A stretch of 64,000 nt of DNA from Gemmatimonas sp. (GTDB lineage Bacteria; Gemmatimonadota; Gemmatimonadetes; Gemmatimonadales; Gemmatimonadaceae), in contig OZ257156.1 in the NCBI GenBank assembly GCA_965279375.1, forward strand, positions 4,640,001 through 4,704,000, in the 5' to 3' direction. Below, one piece after another: positions 52,278 to 61,408 of this stretch; the first letter of the stretch is position 1, and every line of letters begins with the position of its first letter. The translations under genes and the position numbers were made by a program. The notes beneath the pieces were generated by a model. It was not told the origin of the DNA. It searched no databases and was given only the letters and a program-made list of their open reading frames with translations.

Positions 52278-53662
52278 GCCAACGCCCCGTTCCACACGAG
52301 GAAGGGATGCGTGACCGGTGCTGGACCGCCGGCGATCGCGCCGCTCACACGCGCGTGATAGCCACCGGCCGGCAGTGGTCCGAGCGTTGCCCACCCGTCC
52401 TTGCCAACGACGGTCGCAGGTCCCATCTGCTGCAACCGTTCGTCAAACACCGTGACGTGAAGGCGATCGTCACCTTCGTCATGCACGCGGAGTCGGGGGC
52501 GATCTTCAGGTGACCATAGCTCCGCCATCGAGACGCCGATGGTCGATGGCGCGGTCGACTGCCAGATCACGTCTTCACGCGTGAGCAAGCCGTCGATGAG
52601 ATCGAGCGCGGAACGAGTGCCCTGCAGCTCCCCATGCTGATTGGCAACTTCGAGCACCTCACGATTCCTCCCCTGCACCGGTTGGGAGGCAAGGCGCGGC
52701 ACCGTTCCATCGCCACCCTGACTACTCCCGTCGATCTCCTCCGAAGCGATCAGTCGTCCATGCGACCATGCCGCCGTCGTCAGGGTGGGCTGCCGGATGC
52801 CCACGACCTTGTGGAACGCATACGCGGGCTCCGGCGAGGCATCGAGCGTCGCGTGAAAGGCGAGGGCGTCGTCCTGCATAGCGCGGGAGACGTCGGGGAG
52901 ATCGAGGCCGTGCAGACTTCGACGCGGCACATCAGTACCGAGATCGAGACAGTCGTACGTCGGCAGCAACTGATGCAACGACGGCAGACTGCGAGCGAAC
53001 TCTGTGAGATGGAGATGAAACGGCCCGAGGCTCGGCTCGAGGCCGTTCGACAGCGTATTCAGCGCTTTGAGGGCGCCGCGATGCGGCGTGCCGATGGTGA
53101 TCAGCGTGCGGGTGAAAGCGGCACCTCCTTCCTGCTCGAGAAACCACCGCGCGATCAGTCCGCCCATTGAATGACACACCAGCACGAGGCGCGACTCTTC
53201 CATGCCCGGCTGCTCACGCCAGCGTGCCAGCGCGTCTTCGGCGACGACCTTCAGCAGGCGCGCGTTATAGCGATTCGACAGCCGCCAGTCGTAGGGAAAC
53301 GAAATCAGATTGGGAATGCGATCCGGATCGCGCGGATCGGGCTCGATCATCTGGAAGCGCGTGCTCCGCAAAAACTCGAGTGTCCCATCGTACCCGGTGA
53401 TGGGGCTCCACAGTCCTGGGATCACGTGAAGGCTCGGCAGCAGATGCGTCGCACGAATCCTGTTGCCTGGCGGGGCCTCATCGCCGATGCCGATTGGCAG
53501 TGCGAGCGACTGCAGTGAACCTCCGAGCGTCTTGATCGCGTTGACCAGGCTGCCCGCCTCAAGCGACCAGATCGGCCCTCGCTCCATATGCTCCAGAGCG
53601 CTCCCCATGATGCCGGGGATGACGATGACGACGTCGCGAACGAGATTCGTATCCACAGGCAT
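52274..53662 (-). CDS. LCAT/PGAP1-like alpha/beta-hydrolase (lipase/acyltransferase)
   Basis: VIPGIMGS, FPYDWRLS, CHSMGG nucleophile elbow, GTPHRGA, GDGTVP, QHGEL. Confidence 0.87.
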   Translation of the reverse strand: MPVDTNLVRDVVIVIPGIMGSALEHMERGPIWSLEAGSLVNAIKTLGGSLQSLALPIGIGDEAPPGNRIRATHLLPSLHVIPGLWSPITGYDGTLEFLRSTRFQMIEPDPRDPDRIPNLISFPYDWRLSNRYNARLLKVVAEDALARWREQPGMEESRLVLVCHSMGGLIARWFLEQEGGAAFTRTLITIGTPHRGALKALNTLSNGLEPSLGPFHLHLTEFARSLPSLHQLLPTYDCLDLGTDVPRRSLHGLDLPDVSRAMQDDALAFHATLDASPEPAYAFHKVVGIRQPTLTTAAWSHGRLIASEEIDGSSQGGDGTVPRLASQPVQGRNREVLEVANQHGELQGTRSALDLIDGLLTREDVIWQSTAPSTIGVSMAELWSPEDRPRLRVHDEGDDRLHVTVFDERLQQMGPATVVGKDGWATLGPLPAGGYHARVSGAIAGGPAPVTHPFLVWNGALA

Positions 53663-53772
53663 TGGGCGACCGGCGCGGCGCGCGGCGAGGCAACGGACGG
53701 AACGTCAACTGGGCTACCGCGGAAGAAAGTATCTCCCGCAGGCCATCCGCGTGATAGGGCTACCGCGCGCTT

Positions 53773-53909
53773 CCGACGTGGGGCGCAACGACGTGGACGC
53801 CACGCCAGCGTCAGGAACGATCTACGTGGGCGGTGGCTCGGAGTCGCTGTCGGTCGACGTACGCGTAACCCCGACTGTGCTCGTACCAGAGGCGGCTGGC
53901 GTCAGCTGA
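53773..53909 (+). pseudogene. Direct repeat copy 2: displaced transglutaminase gene 3' fragment with its own stop (attR-like)
   Basis: Encodes DVGRNDVDATPASGTIYVGGGSESLSVDVRVTPTVLVPEAAGVS* versus AVGRNYVDATPTSGTIYVGGGSESLSVDVRVSPTEAVAETVAVG* in copy 1; stop at the same relative position. Confidence 0.85.
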
Positions 53910-53930
53910 GTCGACAAGAAACCGTAGCCA

Positions 53931-54536
53931 TCACTCGGCGCGTCGGTATTCCATGTAGCGCGCCGTGTCGTCGGCCACCGCCTTGCCGTACAGCCGCTCG
54001 ACCATCTCCAGGGACATGTCGATCCCCGCCGAGATGCCCGCCGATGTGACGACGCCATCGTGCACGACGCGCGCATCGCGCTGCACGTCGATGGTGGCGT
54101 CCAGCGAGGCGAGCGCATCGAGGGCGCCCCAATGAGTCGTCGCGCGCTTGTGCGCGAGCAGACCAGTCTGCGCCAACAGCAATGCACCCGAACAGACGGA
54201 CGTGACGTGAGTCGCGTTCGCAGCGGTCGCGAGAATCCAGTCCAACGTCGGAGGGTGTTCCAGCAATGGTCGCGTTCCCCAGCCGCCGGGCACCACGAGT
54301 AAGTCGATCGGTGGTGCCGACGCGAAATCGTAGTTCGGCAGCAATTGTAGTCCGCCGGTCGCCGTCACCGGCCCAGCGCGTTCCGCAACCAGAAATACGG
54401 AGAACGGTGCGCTCGCGTCGCTTCGCCGTGAGTCGAGCCCGGGCTCGAGGCGCGTGCGGGAGAACACCTCAAACGGCCCCGCAAAGTCCAGCACCTCGAC
54501 CTGGTCGAAGACCAGGATACCGACGGTTAGCGTCAC
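53931..54536 (-). CDS. DJ-1/PfpI family protein
   Basis: FDQVEVLDFAGPFEV, VPGG.G, SVCSGA, ATTHW, TSAGISAGID. Confidence 0.9.
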   Translation of the reverse strand: MTLTVGILVFDQVEVLDFAGPFEVFSRTRLEPGLDSRRSDASAPFSVFLVAERAGPVTATGGLQLLPNYDFASAPPIDLLVVPGGWGTRPLLEHPPTLDWILATAANATHVTSVCSGALLLAQTGLLAHKRATTHWGALDALASLDATIDVQRDARVVHDGVVTSAGISAGIDMSLEMVERLYGKAVADDTARYMEYRRAE

Positions 54537-54752
54537 GACTGCTCCTGATAAGACGGAGATAGGACTCTGCGACTACGGCTCCGCATGAATCTCCGATCAC
54601 GCGCTCGAATAGAGAAGTCGGTCGTCCCCGCGTGTGTGTGGTGGGCGATGACGCCACTGGTCCTCAAGAATCCGTGCGCGCAATCCGAGACTGCAGCTGA
54701 GGTCGACGCCGGCCGTGTAGGCACCTCACGCCATTCGCCGGATCTACCTCGC

Positions 54753-56222
54753 ATGCGCATTCCGTTCTTCGCTCCGTCTGACGAAGTCGCTCGTCTCAAG
54801 GCACAACTCGCGCAGGTCACCGAGCGGTCGGATGTTCTCGACCAGTCATGCGGCGTGGGGTTGTGGGACGCAGTGTTGTACAACGCGGACGCGCTCGATC
54901 CGCGCAGCGTGTGGACCTGGTCGCCCGAGTTCCGTCGCCTCATCGGCTACAGCAGCGAAGCGGACTTCCCCAACGTCTGCCAATCGTGGTCGGACAAGCT
55001 GCATCCCGATGACGCGCCTGCCACATTTGCTGCGTTCGGCGGCCACCTCAAGGAGCCCAACGGCACCGGCCACTACGACGTCACCTATCGTCTCAAGATG
55101 AAGGACGGCGAGTACCGCTGGTTCCGCGCCAGCGGCGGCTGCCGTCATTCTGCAGACGGGCAGACCATCCGCGCCTGCGGGTCGCTCACGTTCATTCATG
55201 AGCAAAAGATGCAGGCGCTCAAGATCGAGCAGGATGCGCACTACGATCAGGAGGTCATCGCCGCTCTTGCCGACGGCCTCAAGGCGCTCTCCGACGGCGA
55301 CCTGCGGCATCGCATCGTGGCGGAGGTGCGCCCCACCGCGCAGCCCCTCAAGGACAGCTTCAACGCAACGGTCGAGCAGCTGCACGAAACGATCTCGCAG
55401 GTCAGCGCTGCCTCCTCGCAGGTGAAGAGCGCCGGTGAAGAGATCGCGGACGCGAGTCAGTCGCTCGCGGACGGCGCGACTCGTCAGGCCGCGAGCCTGC
55501 ACGAAGTCACCAGCAGCCTCGACGAGCTGGCATCGATGGCGAGCACGAACGCCACGTCAGCACGCAAGGCCAGCGAGCTTTCGTCGGTGGCGCGTTCCCA
55601 TGCGAGCGACGGCGAAGCACGGATGGCCAACCTCACGGCGGCGATGGCCGACATCAAGGCCTCCACGCAGGAAACCGCCCGCATCATCAAGACGATCAAC
55701 GAGATCGCGTTTCAGACCAACCTGCTCGCGCTCAACGCGGCCGTCGAAGCGGCGCGCGCTGGCGATGCGGGCCGTGGCTTCGCCGTCGTTGCCGAGGAAG
55801 TGCGCTCACTCGCGCTCCGAGCGGCCGCCGCTGCGAAGAGCACGGAAGCGCTGATCGAGAAGAGCGTGACCGCGACTGAACGCGGCGTGCGACTGAACGA
55901 TGAGGTCCTGAGCAGCCTGCAGGAAATCACCGGCCAGATCGCGCAGGTGGTGACCGTCGTGAGTGAGATTTCCGTCGCCAGCACAGGTCAGGTAGATGGC
56001 GTCTCGCGTATCACGCGTGCGGTGGCGGACGTGAACAACATCACGCAGCAGGTCGCTGCCAGCGCCGAGGAGTCGGCGAGCGCCGCCGCAGAACTCAACG
56101 CGCAGGCCAGCACGCTCAACGATACGGTATTGACGTTCGCGCTCGAGGAGGATGTGTTCGGTGAAGCGACACATGCGCCGGCGCGTCGTCCCGCACGCGC
56201 GATGGCGGGACGAGGGCGCTAG
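54753..56222 (+). CDS. Soluble PAS-domain methyl-accepting chemotaxis protein
   Basis: GLWD...[27 protein letters not shown] (PAS); [37 protein letters not shown]; no TM segment. Confidence 0.92.
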   Translation: MRIPFFAPSDEVARLKAQLAQVTERSDVLDQSCGVGLWDAVLYNADALDPRSVWTWSPEFRRLIGYSSEADFPNVCQSWSDKLHPDDAPATFAAFGGHLKEPNGTGHYDVTYRLKMKDGEYRWFRASGGCRHSADGQTIRACGSLTFIHEQKMQALKIEQDAHYDQEVIAALADGLKALSDGDLRHRIVAEVRPTAQPLKDSFNATVEQLHETISQVSAASSQVKSAGEEIADASQSLADGATRQAASLHEVTSSLDELASMASTNATSARKASELSSVARSHASDGEARMANLTAAMADIKASTQETARIIKTINEIAFQTNLLALNAAVEAARAGDAGRGFAVVAEEVRSLALRAAAAAKSTEALIEKSVTATERGVRLNDEVLSSLQEITGQIAQVVTVVSEISVASTGQVDGVSRITRAVADVNNITQQVAASAEESASAAAELNAQASTLNDTVLTFALEEDVFGEATHAPARRPARAMAGRGR

Positions 56223-56223
56223 C

Positions 56224-57159
56224 TCACACCGCCGCGCGCTTCCGCCGCTCGAGCGGGCTCACGTTGCGCCGCGCCGCCGGCGTGATCCCGACCTCGCGGC
56301 ACTTGGCGCGAAAGCCTGCGCCATGGTCCAGCGGCTCGCCGGTCTCGTGCTGCCACTGGTGCACCATCTCGTGCAACAGCGTGTGCATCGCCTCGCGCCA
56401 GCCATGCTTCGCAATGTGCGTACGTGACATCACGATCTCGCTCGGCCTGTGTCGCGACCCCGGATCGAAATGGCCCAAACGTGTGGCCATGCGGCCGGAG
56501 AGACGAATCGGCAGCGCGCTGAGCGTGCTGTCGAACCACTGTGCGTTGAGCGCTCGATGTGCCTCGCGCAGTTGCGCGATCATGGCGAGGTCGCCCGGAC
56601 GCGCCGGTTCAGCGCGGCGCACCGCTGGCGCACGTTCCACGTCGAACGCGAGGATCTGTTCCTTGGCCGCGCTCCTCGCCTGCTTGGTGCGCGCCATCGC
56701 GAACGTCACGATGGCACGCAGCACGGGTTCCGGCGCATCCGCGTAGCCTTCGTGCACACGCAACGTACGGCCAATCAGCGAGACCATCACCGTCCGCGTG
56801 CGCATCAACGTCAGCCCTTCCACTCCGCGCAGCCCCAGCTCCTGCAGGCGTGAGAAGAGCACCGCGGTGCGGGCGCGGGTCGCGGAACGCCCGCGTGCGG
56901 GCCGATCACGCGTGGCGTCAGCGGCGGGTGTGGCGGTGGGCGTCGCCGCATCGCGAAAGAGTTGCGGCAGCGTCTCGCCGGGCATGACGGAGGGCGCGGC
57001 GATCGGCGCAGGCGCAAACGCGGATGGCACCGCCACCGGACGCGGGGTCGCAACCACGGGGCGAGCTGGCTCGGCGCGCTCCACCGCAGGCGACGGAGTG
57101 ACCGTCGTCGTCGGTGTATCGAAATCAAAGCCGAGTTGCGAGAGCCAGGAGAGTCGCAT
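56224..57159 (-). CDS. SprT-like zinc metalloprotease
   Basis: LNAQWF, RM..RLG, TLLHEMVH, HG..F; low-complexity N-terminus. Confidence 0.8.
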   Translation of the reverse strand: MRLSWLSQLGFDFDTPTTTVTPSPAVERAEPARPVVATPRPVAVPSAFAPAPIAAPSVMPGETLPQLFRDAATPTATPAADATRDRPARGRSATRARTAVLFSRLQELGLRGVEGLTLMRTRTVMVSLIGRTLRVHEGYADAPEPVLRAIVTFAMARTKQARSAAKEQILAFDVERAPAVRRAEPARPGDLAMIAQLREAHRALNAQWFDSTLSALPIRLSGRMATRLGHFDPGSRHRPSEIVMSRTHIAKHGWREAMHTLLHEMVHQWQHETGEPLDHGAGFRAKCREVGITPAARRNVSPLERRKRAAV

Positions 57160-57268
57160 CGCGGGGAAGTTTGCGCGCGCGAGCGACAAATGGGGAGTGG
57201 TGCAGGTGCGATCCGCCGTGTCGAATGTGCCAGAGCGGCTCACACCTGCTAGACCAGCGAAGCAGAGA

Positions 57269-57991
57269 TCAGTGCGCTGACGCGCGCACCGTCGTCAGTA
57301 GGGCCCGCAGCGCATCCACCTGATCACCGACGACGGTGTGTCCCAATCCCGGGTAGATCCGCAGATCGACCGGTGCACCAGCTTCGGTAAACGCGGCCGC
57401 GGCGCTTCGCACGCGCGACTCCGGGATGTGCGCATCCTGATCGCCGCACGCCAGCAACACGGGCGTGCCAGCCAGCGCAGCATCGAGCGATCGCTGAGCC
57501 AACTCCTCTCCAATTAGCGCGCCGGCCAGCGCCGCAACCGCCCCGTAGCGCGCCGGATGACGTGCCGCGAATTCCAGCGTAAGGCAGGCGCCTTGCGAGA
57601 AGCCCGCCAATACGATCCGTTCGGAGGGAATTCCGGCGGCCTGCGCCTCCAGCACAGCGCGCTGCACCGACGCGAGGGCGCCGCTCAGCCACGGCTCGTT
57701 GCGCTCGATCGGCGCCAGAAAGCGATCGGGATACCACGAGTTTTCGTCGGCCCGAGGAGCGATGATGGCCGCGTCATCCGCACCCGCCGACCGCGCCAGC
57801 GGGAGCATCGACTCGGGGCTGCCGCCGCGCCCGTGCACCAGCACGAGCGCGTAGGTGGCGTTTGCCAGCGGCACGCCGGCGTGGAGCGCTGGGATGCCGG
57901 CGTGTGGCTGTTGGTCGTTGTCGCTGTGGTGCGTGCCGCTTGCAGGGGTCTTCAAAGTGTCCGTCGTCTGTTCAGTGTTGTGTTGCGCCAT
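57269..57991 (-). CDS. Phospholipase/carboxylesterase (alpha/beta hydrolase)
   Basis: HGRG, SWYP.RF, GFSQG, D.HIP, YPGLGH. Confidence 0.88.
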   Translation of the reverse strand: MAQHNTEQTTDTLKTPASGTHHSDNDQQPHAGIPALHAGVPLANATYALVLVHGRGGSPESMLPLARSAGADDAAIIAPRADENSWYPDRFLAPIERNEPWLSGALASVQRAVLEAQAAGIPSERIVLAGFSQGACLTLEFAARHPARYGAVAALAGALIGEELAQRSLDAALAGTPVLLACGDQDAHIPESRVRSAAAAFTEAGAPVDLRIYPGLGHTVVGDQVDALRALLTTVRASAH

Positions 57992-57993
57992 TG

Positions 57994-59073
57994 TCAGCGC
58001 CACGGCGTCCGTTCGATCGGCGTGAGATGCGCTTCGATTTTTTCGCGATGCTCTTCCATCCAGTACGGCAGTCGCAGCGTGGTGCCTGCTGTCTCGAACG
58101 GTTCGTCCACGAGGAAGCCTGGGCCCATCGTTGCGAGTTCGACGATGTGTCCATCGGGATCGCGCGTGTAGATGCTCTTGAAGTACGTCCGGTCCATCAC
58201 CTCCGATACCGGCAGTCGCGCATCCAGCAGCCGTTGGCGGAACTCCAGTTGCGTTACCTCGTCGGCTACCGCGAGCGCATAGTGGTGCCCCTGCCCCGTG
58301 CCCATCGCCGCGTGGCGCACCTTCGCGGGATCCTTCTCGAGGTACGTGACGAGACTGCCGGGGCGTCCATCGGGCGTGCCCCACGACCAATGCCGCGTGC
58401 CGGGATCGTCGAAGTTCTCCGTCTTCTTCACGAGCGTCATGCCGAGCACGCCGCGCAGGAATTCGTCGGTGTGCTCCACGTTGGACGCCATCGCCGTGAT
58501 GTGGTGCATACCGCGTGTCAGCGTCATCGCGTCATCGATCTGCTCGACTGGCTCGGGCCAAGTGATCGCCGCAATCGTCTCCTCGTCGCGCGCACCGGCC
58601 ACCAGTGCCGCGGGCGGCGTGCGCTGCGGGCGATCGGCGCCGATTTCGTCGAGCTGCATCCCCGGTCCTTCCGTCGCGATTTCGAGAATCACGCCGTCCG
58701 GATCGCGGAAGTAGATGGAGGTGAAGTAGTGCCGGTCCCACGGTCCGCGCACCTTGATGCCCAGATCGGTCAGACGACGCTTCCAGCGCAGCAATGCGTC
58801 GGTGTCAGCCACGCGGAGCGCGACATGGTGCGTGCCGCCGATACCGGTGCGGCCACGCGGTGCCCGAGGCCACTCGAAGAAGGTGATGACGGTGCCGGGG
58901 CCGCCGGTCGCGTCAGCGAAGTACAGGTGGTAGCTGCCCGGATCGTCGAAGTTGACGGTGGTCTTGATGAGGCGAAGCCCGAGCACGCGGGTGTAGAAGT
59001 CGGCCGTGCGCTGCGCGTTGCTCGCGACGAGCGTGACGTGGTGAAGGCCGAGGATGGTGGACGAATTGGTCAT
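57994..59073 (-). CDS. VOC/glyoxalase ring-cleaving dioxygenase (MhqO/MhqA-like)
   Basis: GLHHVT, KTTVNFDDPGSYHLY, HHVA, DRHYFTSIYFRDPDG..LEIAT, repeated in the second half. Confidence 0.88.
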   Translation of the reverse strand: MTNSSTILGLHHVTLVASNAQRTADFYTRVLGLRLIKTTVNFDDPGSYHLYFADATGGPGTVITFFEWPRAPRGRTGIGGTHHVALRVADTDALLRWKRRLTDLGIKVRGPWDRHYFTSIYFRDPDGVILEIATEGPGMQLDEIGADRPQRTPPAALVAGARDEETIAAITWPEPVEQIDDAMTLTRGMHHITAMASNVEHTDEFLRGVLGMTLVKKTENFDDPGTRHWSWGTPDGRPGSLVTYLEKDPAKVRHAAMGTGQGHHYALAVADEVTQLEFRQRLLDARLPVSEVMDRTYFKSIYTRDPDGHIVELATMGPGFLVDEPFETAGTTLRLPYWMEEHREKIEAHLTPIERTPWR

Positions 59074-59109
59074 TTGGCGCTCCTGCCCCACTGCCGGGGG
59101 CGTCGATTG

Positions 59110-59147
59110 TCTTAGTGCTAAGATATAGACCAATTGTCCGTCGTCAA
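59110..59147 (-). promoter_or_regulatory. Sigma70-like promoter with overlapping palindromic operator upstream of the dioxygenase-esterase pair
   Basis: Minus strand TTGACG-N16-TATCTT; palindrome TCTTAG-NN-CTAAGA at 59110-59123 overlaps the -10. Confidence 0.6.
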
Positions 59148-59154
59148 CCCGTGG

Positions 59155-59520
59155 CCGGTTATGCCGTTCGCTCCATCGGGTTCTAGCGGTAACCGGTCAC
59201 GCGGTTCGCTCCATCGGGCTCTACGGGTAACCGGTCACGCCGTTCGCTCCATCCGGTTCAACCGGTTACCGGTCACGCCGTTCGCTCCACTCAGGACTGG
59301 CCACCCACCACTCGCGACCCGAAACAGAGGAGTGTCAGAGCGGCGGCAGCACGCAGTCGCCAGTCCCCGGTTCAGGGTTTCTCACTCAGATCAAGCGGGG
59401 TCGAGGACCGCCAACCCGACACAACCCTGTTGCGGGCTACGGGTGGTGAGTGGCGGGAGATCAGTGGAGCGAACGGCGTGACCGGTGACCGAACAGCGAA
59501 CCGCGTGACCGGTACCCGGT
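59155..59520. repeat. 38-bp tandem repeats (x3.5) with inverted copies enclosing a long hairpin
   Basis: Units start at 59155, 59193, 59231 and 59269 (core CCGGTCACGCCGTTCGCTCCA); reverse-complement copies at ~59463-59486 and ~59496-59515; self-complementary interior. Confidence 0.85.
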
Positions 59521-59530
59521 GACTGACTGC

Positions 59531-60370
59531 TCAGCGCGACTGTCGCGCGAAGCGCTGCCCCACCCCGGCCACGAACTCCCCCGAGGGATCGTAGCTCCAC
59601 GGCGTCACCACGATGCACTCCGCATCCGCCTCGATCACGTTCACCGCGCTCGCCCGGTGCCCGCGCACCCGCCTGGAGAGTGTGTTCGCCGTGCTCGACA
59701 CGAATCGCCCCGTGCCGCGCGTGATCAGCTCCACGCGTTCCTCATGATCGTGTCCCGCGCAGACGACATCCGCGCCGCTGGCGGCGAGTTCGTCCATCAC
59801 CCACTCCGGACGGCGTAGTCCCCAACGCTTCGACAGTCGCCCGCGCACGACGTTGTGATGCAGCACGAGAATACGCAGATCGCCGGCCGGACTGGCTTCG
59901 AGCCGCGCGCGCGCATCGCGCAGCTGTCCCTCGGTCAGCGCTCCCTTCACGCGCCAGTGGCGTGGATACAACGTGATCGCCCGTGGCAGCATGCCCGCGG
60001 CGGAGTTGAGCCCAATGAGCGATAGCCCAGGCAGGCGCACCGTCGGCTCCGTGTCCGGCTGAATCAGCGCGCGAAATCGCTCGTGCAATCTTGACGCGCT
60101 ACCGATGCCGAATGGGGCGTGCCACCAGGCGGTATCGTGATTGCCTGGCACGGTGATGATCGGCGCGATGGCCGCGAAACGATCGAGCACCGCGCGCGCG
60201 TCGCGGAACTCGTGCGTCCGCGCGCGCTGCGACAGATCGCCCGAGATGATGATGGCATCGAACAACGACGCCGCCGCGAGTCGTTCCGCGGCGGCGACAT
60301 GGTGCGGGACGAAGTTCCGTCCGAGATGAACGTCAGAGATGTGCAGGACGCGCAGCAGGCGCCCACTCAT
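59531..60370 (-). CDS. Calcineurin-like metallophosphoesterase
   Basis: HISDVH, SGDL, PGNHD, LHH, GHDH. Confidence 0.9.
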   Translation of the reverse strand: MSGRLLRVLHISDVHLGRNFVPHHVAAAERLAAASLFDAIIISGDLSQRARTHEFRDARAVLDRFAAIAPIITVPGNHDTAWWHAPFGIGSASRLHERFRALIQPDTEPTVRLPGLSLIGLNSAAGMLPRAITLYPRHWRVKGALTEGQLRDARARLEASPAGDLRILVLHHNVVRGRLSKRWGLRRPEWVMDELAASGADVVCAGHDHEERVELITRGTGRFVSSTANTLSRRVRGHRASAVNVIEADAECIVVTPWSYDPSGEFVAGVGQRFARQSR

Positions 60371-60394
60371 GCGTGGTGAATCATGGAATGCGAA

Positions 60395-61408
60395 TCATCC
60401 GAGACGAGCGATCACGGCGTTGGTGAAGTCATCCGTGGTAGCCGTGCCGCCCAGATCGCGCGTGAGCACGACACCGTCGCGGAGCGTTCCTTCCAGTGCT
60501 TCGCGAATACGCTTGGCGCGCTCGTGATCGCCGATGTGTTCGAGCATCATGCACGCCGCGAGGACGAGCGCACCCGGGTTGGCGATGTTCTTGCCTGCGA
60601 TATCGGGCGCCGTACCGTGAACGGCCTCGAAGATCGCGGCCGTGCTGCCGATGTTCGCACCCGGCGCGAGCCCGAGTCCACCCACCAGCCCCGAGATCTC
60701 ATCGGAAAGAATGTCGCCGAAGAGATTCGTCGTCACGACGACATCGAACGACTCCGGACGCATCACGAGATGCATCGCCATCGCGTCGATGATGCGCTCT
60801 TCGAACTGCACGCGCCCTTCGTATTCGCGCGCGACCATGCGCCCGACATCGAGGAAGAGCCCCTGCGAGAACTTGAGAATGTTCGCCTTGTGGACGAGCG
60901 TGACCTTTTTGCGATTGTGCGCGAGTGCGTATTCGAACGCGTAACGCACGATGCGCTCCGATCCCTGTCGCGTGATGATCGCCACGGACTCTGCCGCCGC
61001 CTTGGGATCGTCACCGATCTTCACGTAGTGCTCCACACCGATGTAGAGCCCTTCCGTGTTTTCGCGCACGAGCACGATGTCCACGTTGTCGAAGCGACCC
61101 GGGATGATCGTGTGTGCCGGGCGCACGTTCGCGTAGAGATCGAACGTCTTGCGCAGCGCGACGTTGATCGAGCGGAAGCCTTCGCCGACCGGCGTCTCGA
61201 GCGGCCCCTTGAGGGCGAGGCGCGTGCGCTTGATCGAGTCGAGCGTGACGTCGGGGATCGGATCGTTCCAACGGGCAACACCGGCCATGCCGGCAACCTG
61301 TCGGTCCCATTCGATGTCAGCGCCCGCCGCCGCGAGGATGCGGACGGTTGCGTCCGCGATGGACGGCCCGATGCCGTCGCCTGGGATGAGTGTCACAGAA
61401 GTGGCCAT
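60395..61408 (-). CDS. Isocitrate/isopropylmalate dehydrogenase family (probably NAD-dependent IDH)
   Basis: IPGDGIGP, LKGP, SINVALRK..DLYANVRP, RENTEG, VHKANI, NLFGDILSD, FEAVHGTAPDIAG. Confidence 0.92.
   Translation of the reverse strand: MATSVTLIPGDGIGPSIADATVRILAAAGADIEWDRQVAGMAGVARWNDPIPDVTLDSIKRTRLALKGPLETPVGEGFRSINVALRKTFDLYANVRPAHTIIPGRFDNVDIVLVRENTEGLYIGVEHYVKIGDDPKAAAESVAIITRQGSERIVRYAFEYALAHNRKKVTLVHKANILKFSQGLFLDVGRMVAREYEGRVQFEERIIDAMAMHLVMRPESFDVVVTTNLFGDILSDEISGLVGGLGLAPGANIGSTAAIFEAVHGTAPDIAGKNIANPGALVLAACMMLEHIGDHERAKRIREALEGTLRDGVVLTRDLGGTATTDDFTNAVIARLG

Larger units (their letters stand above)
47355..53909. mobile_element. Putative inserted ~6.4 kb cassette (integrase-less islet) carrying lipase + caspase-STAND-TPR genes
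   Basis: Flanked by the duplicated gene 3' end; both cargo genes are on the strand opposite the host operon; no mobility gene seen. Confidence 0.6.

Noticed and set aside
47496..53662. Gasdermin system or prophage/ICE
   Set aside because: No gasdermin-like ORF, integrase, relaxase or phage gene is recognisable in or near the cassette
47355..53875. Diversity-generating retroelement (TR/VR pair at a gene 3' end)
   Set aside because: Mismatches are not confined to adenines in either copy, and no reverse transcriptase is present in the window
53463..53909. 148-aa ORF as a real gene
   Set aside because: Its 5' part is antisense to the lipase; only the last ~44 codons are meaningful, as the duplicated transglutaminase fragment
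59155..59291. CRISPR array
   Set aside because: Inter-core segments are only ~17 bp and similar to each other rather than unique spacers; inverted copies exist; no cas genes
59292..59462. Confident 6S RNA or integron attC call
   Set aside because: Size and rod shape are suggestive, but I could not identify the large central bubble or ordered 6S motifs, nor [14 protein letters not shown] ends or an intI; left as an unclassified structure
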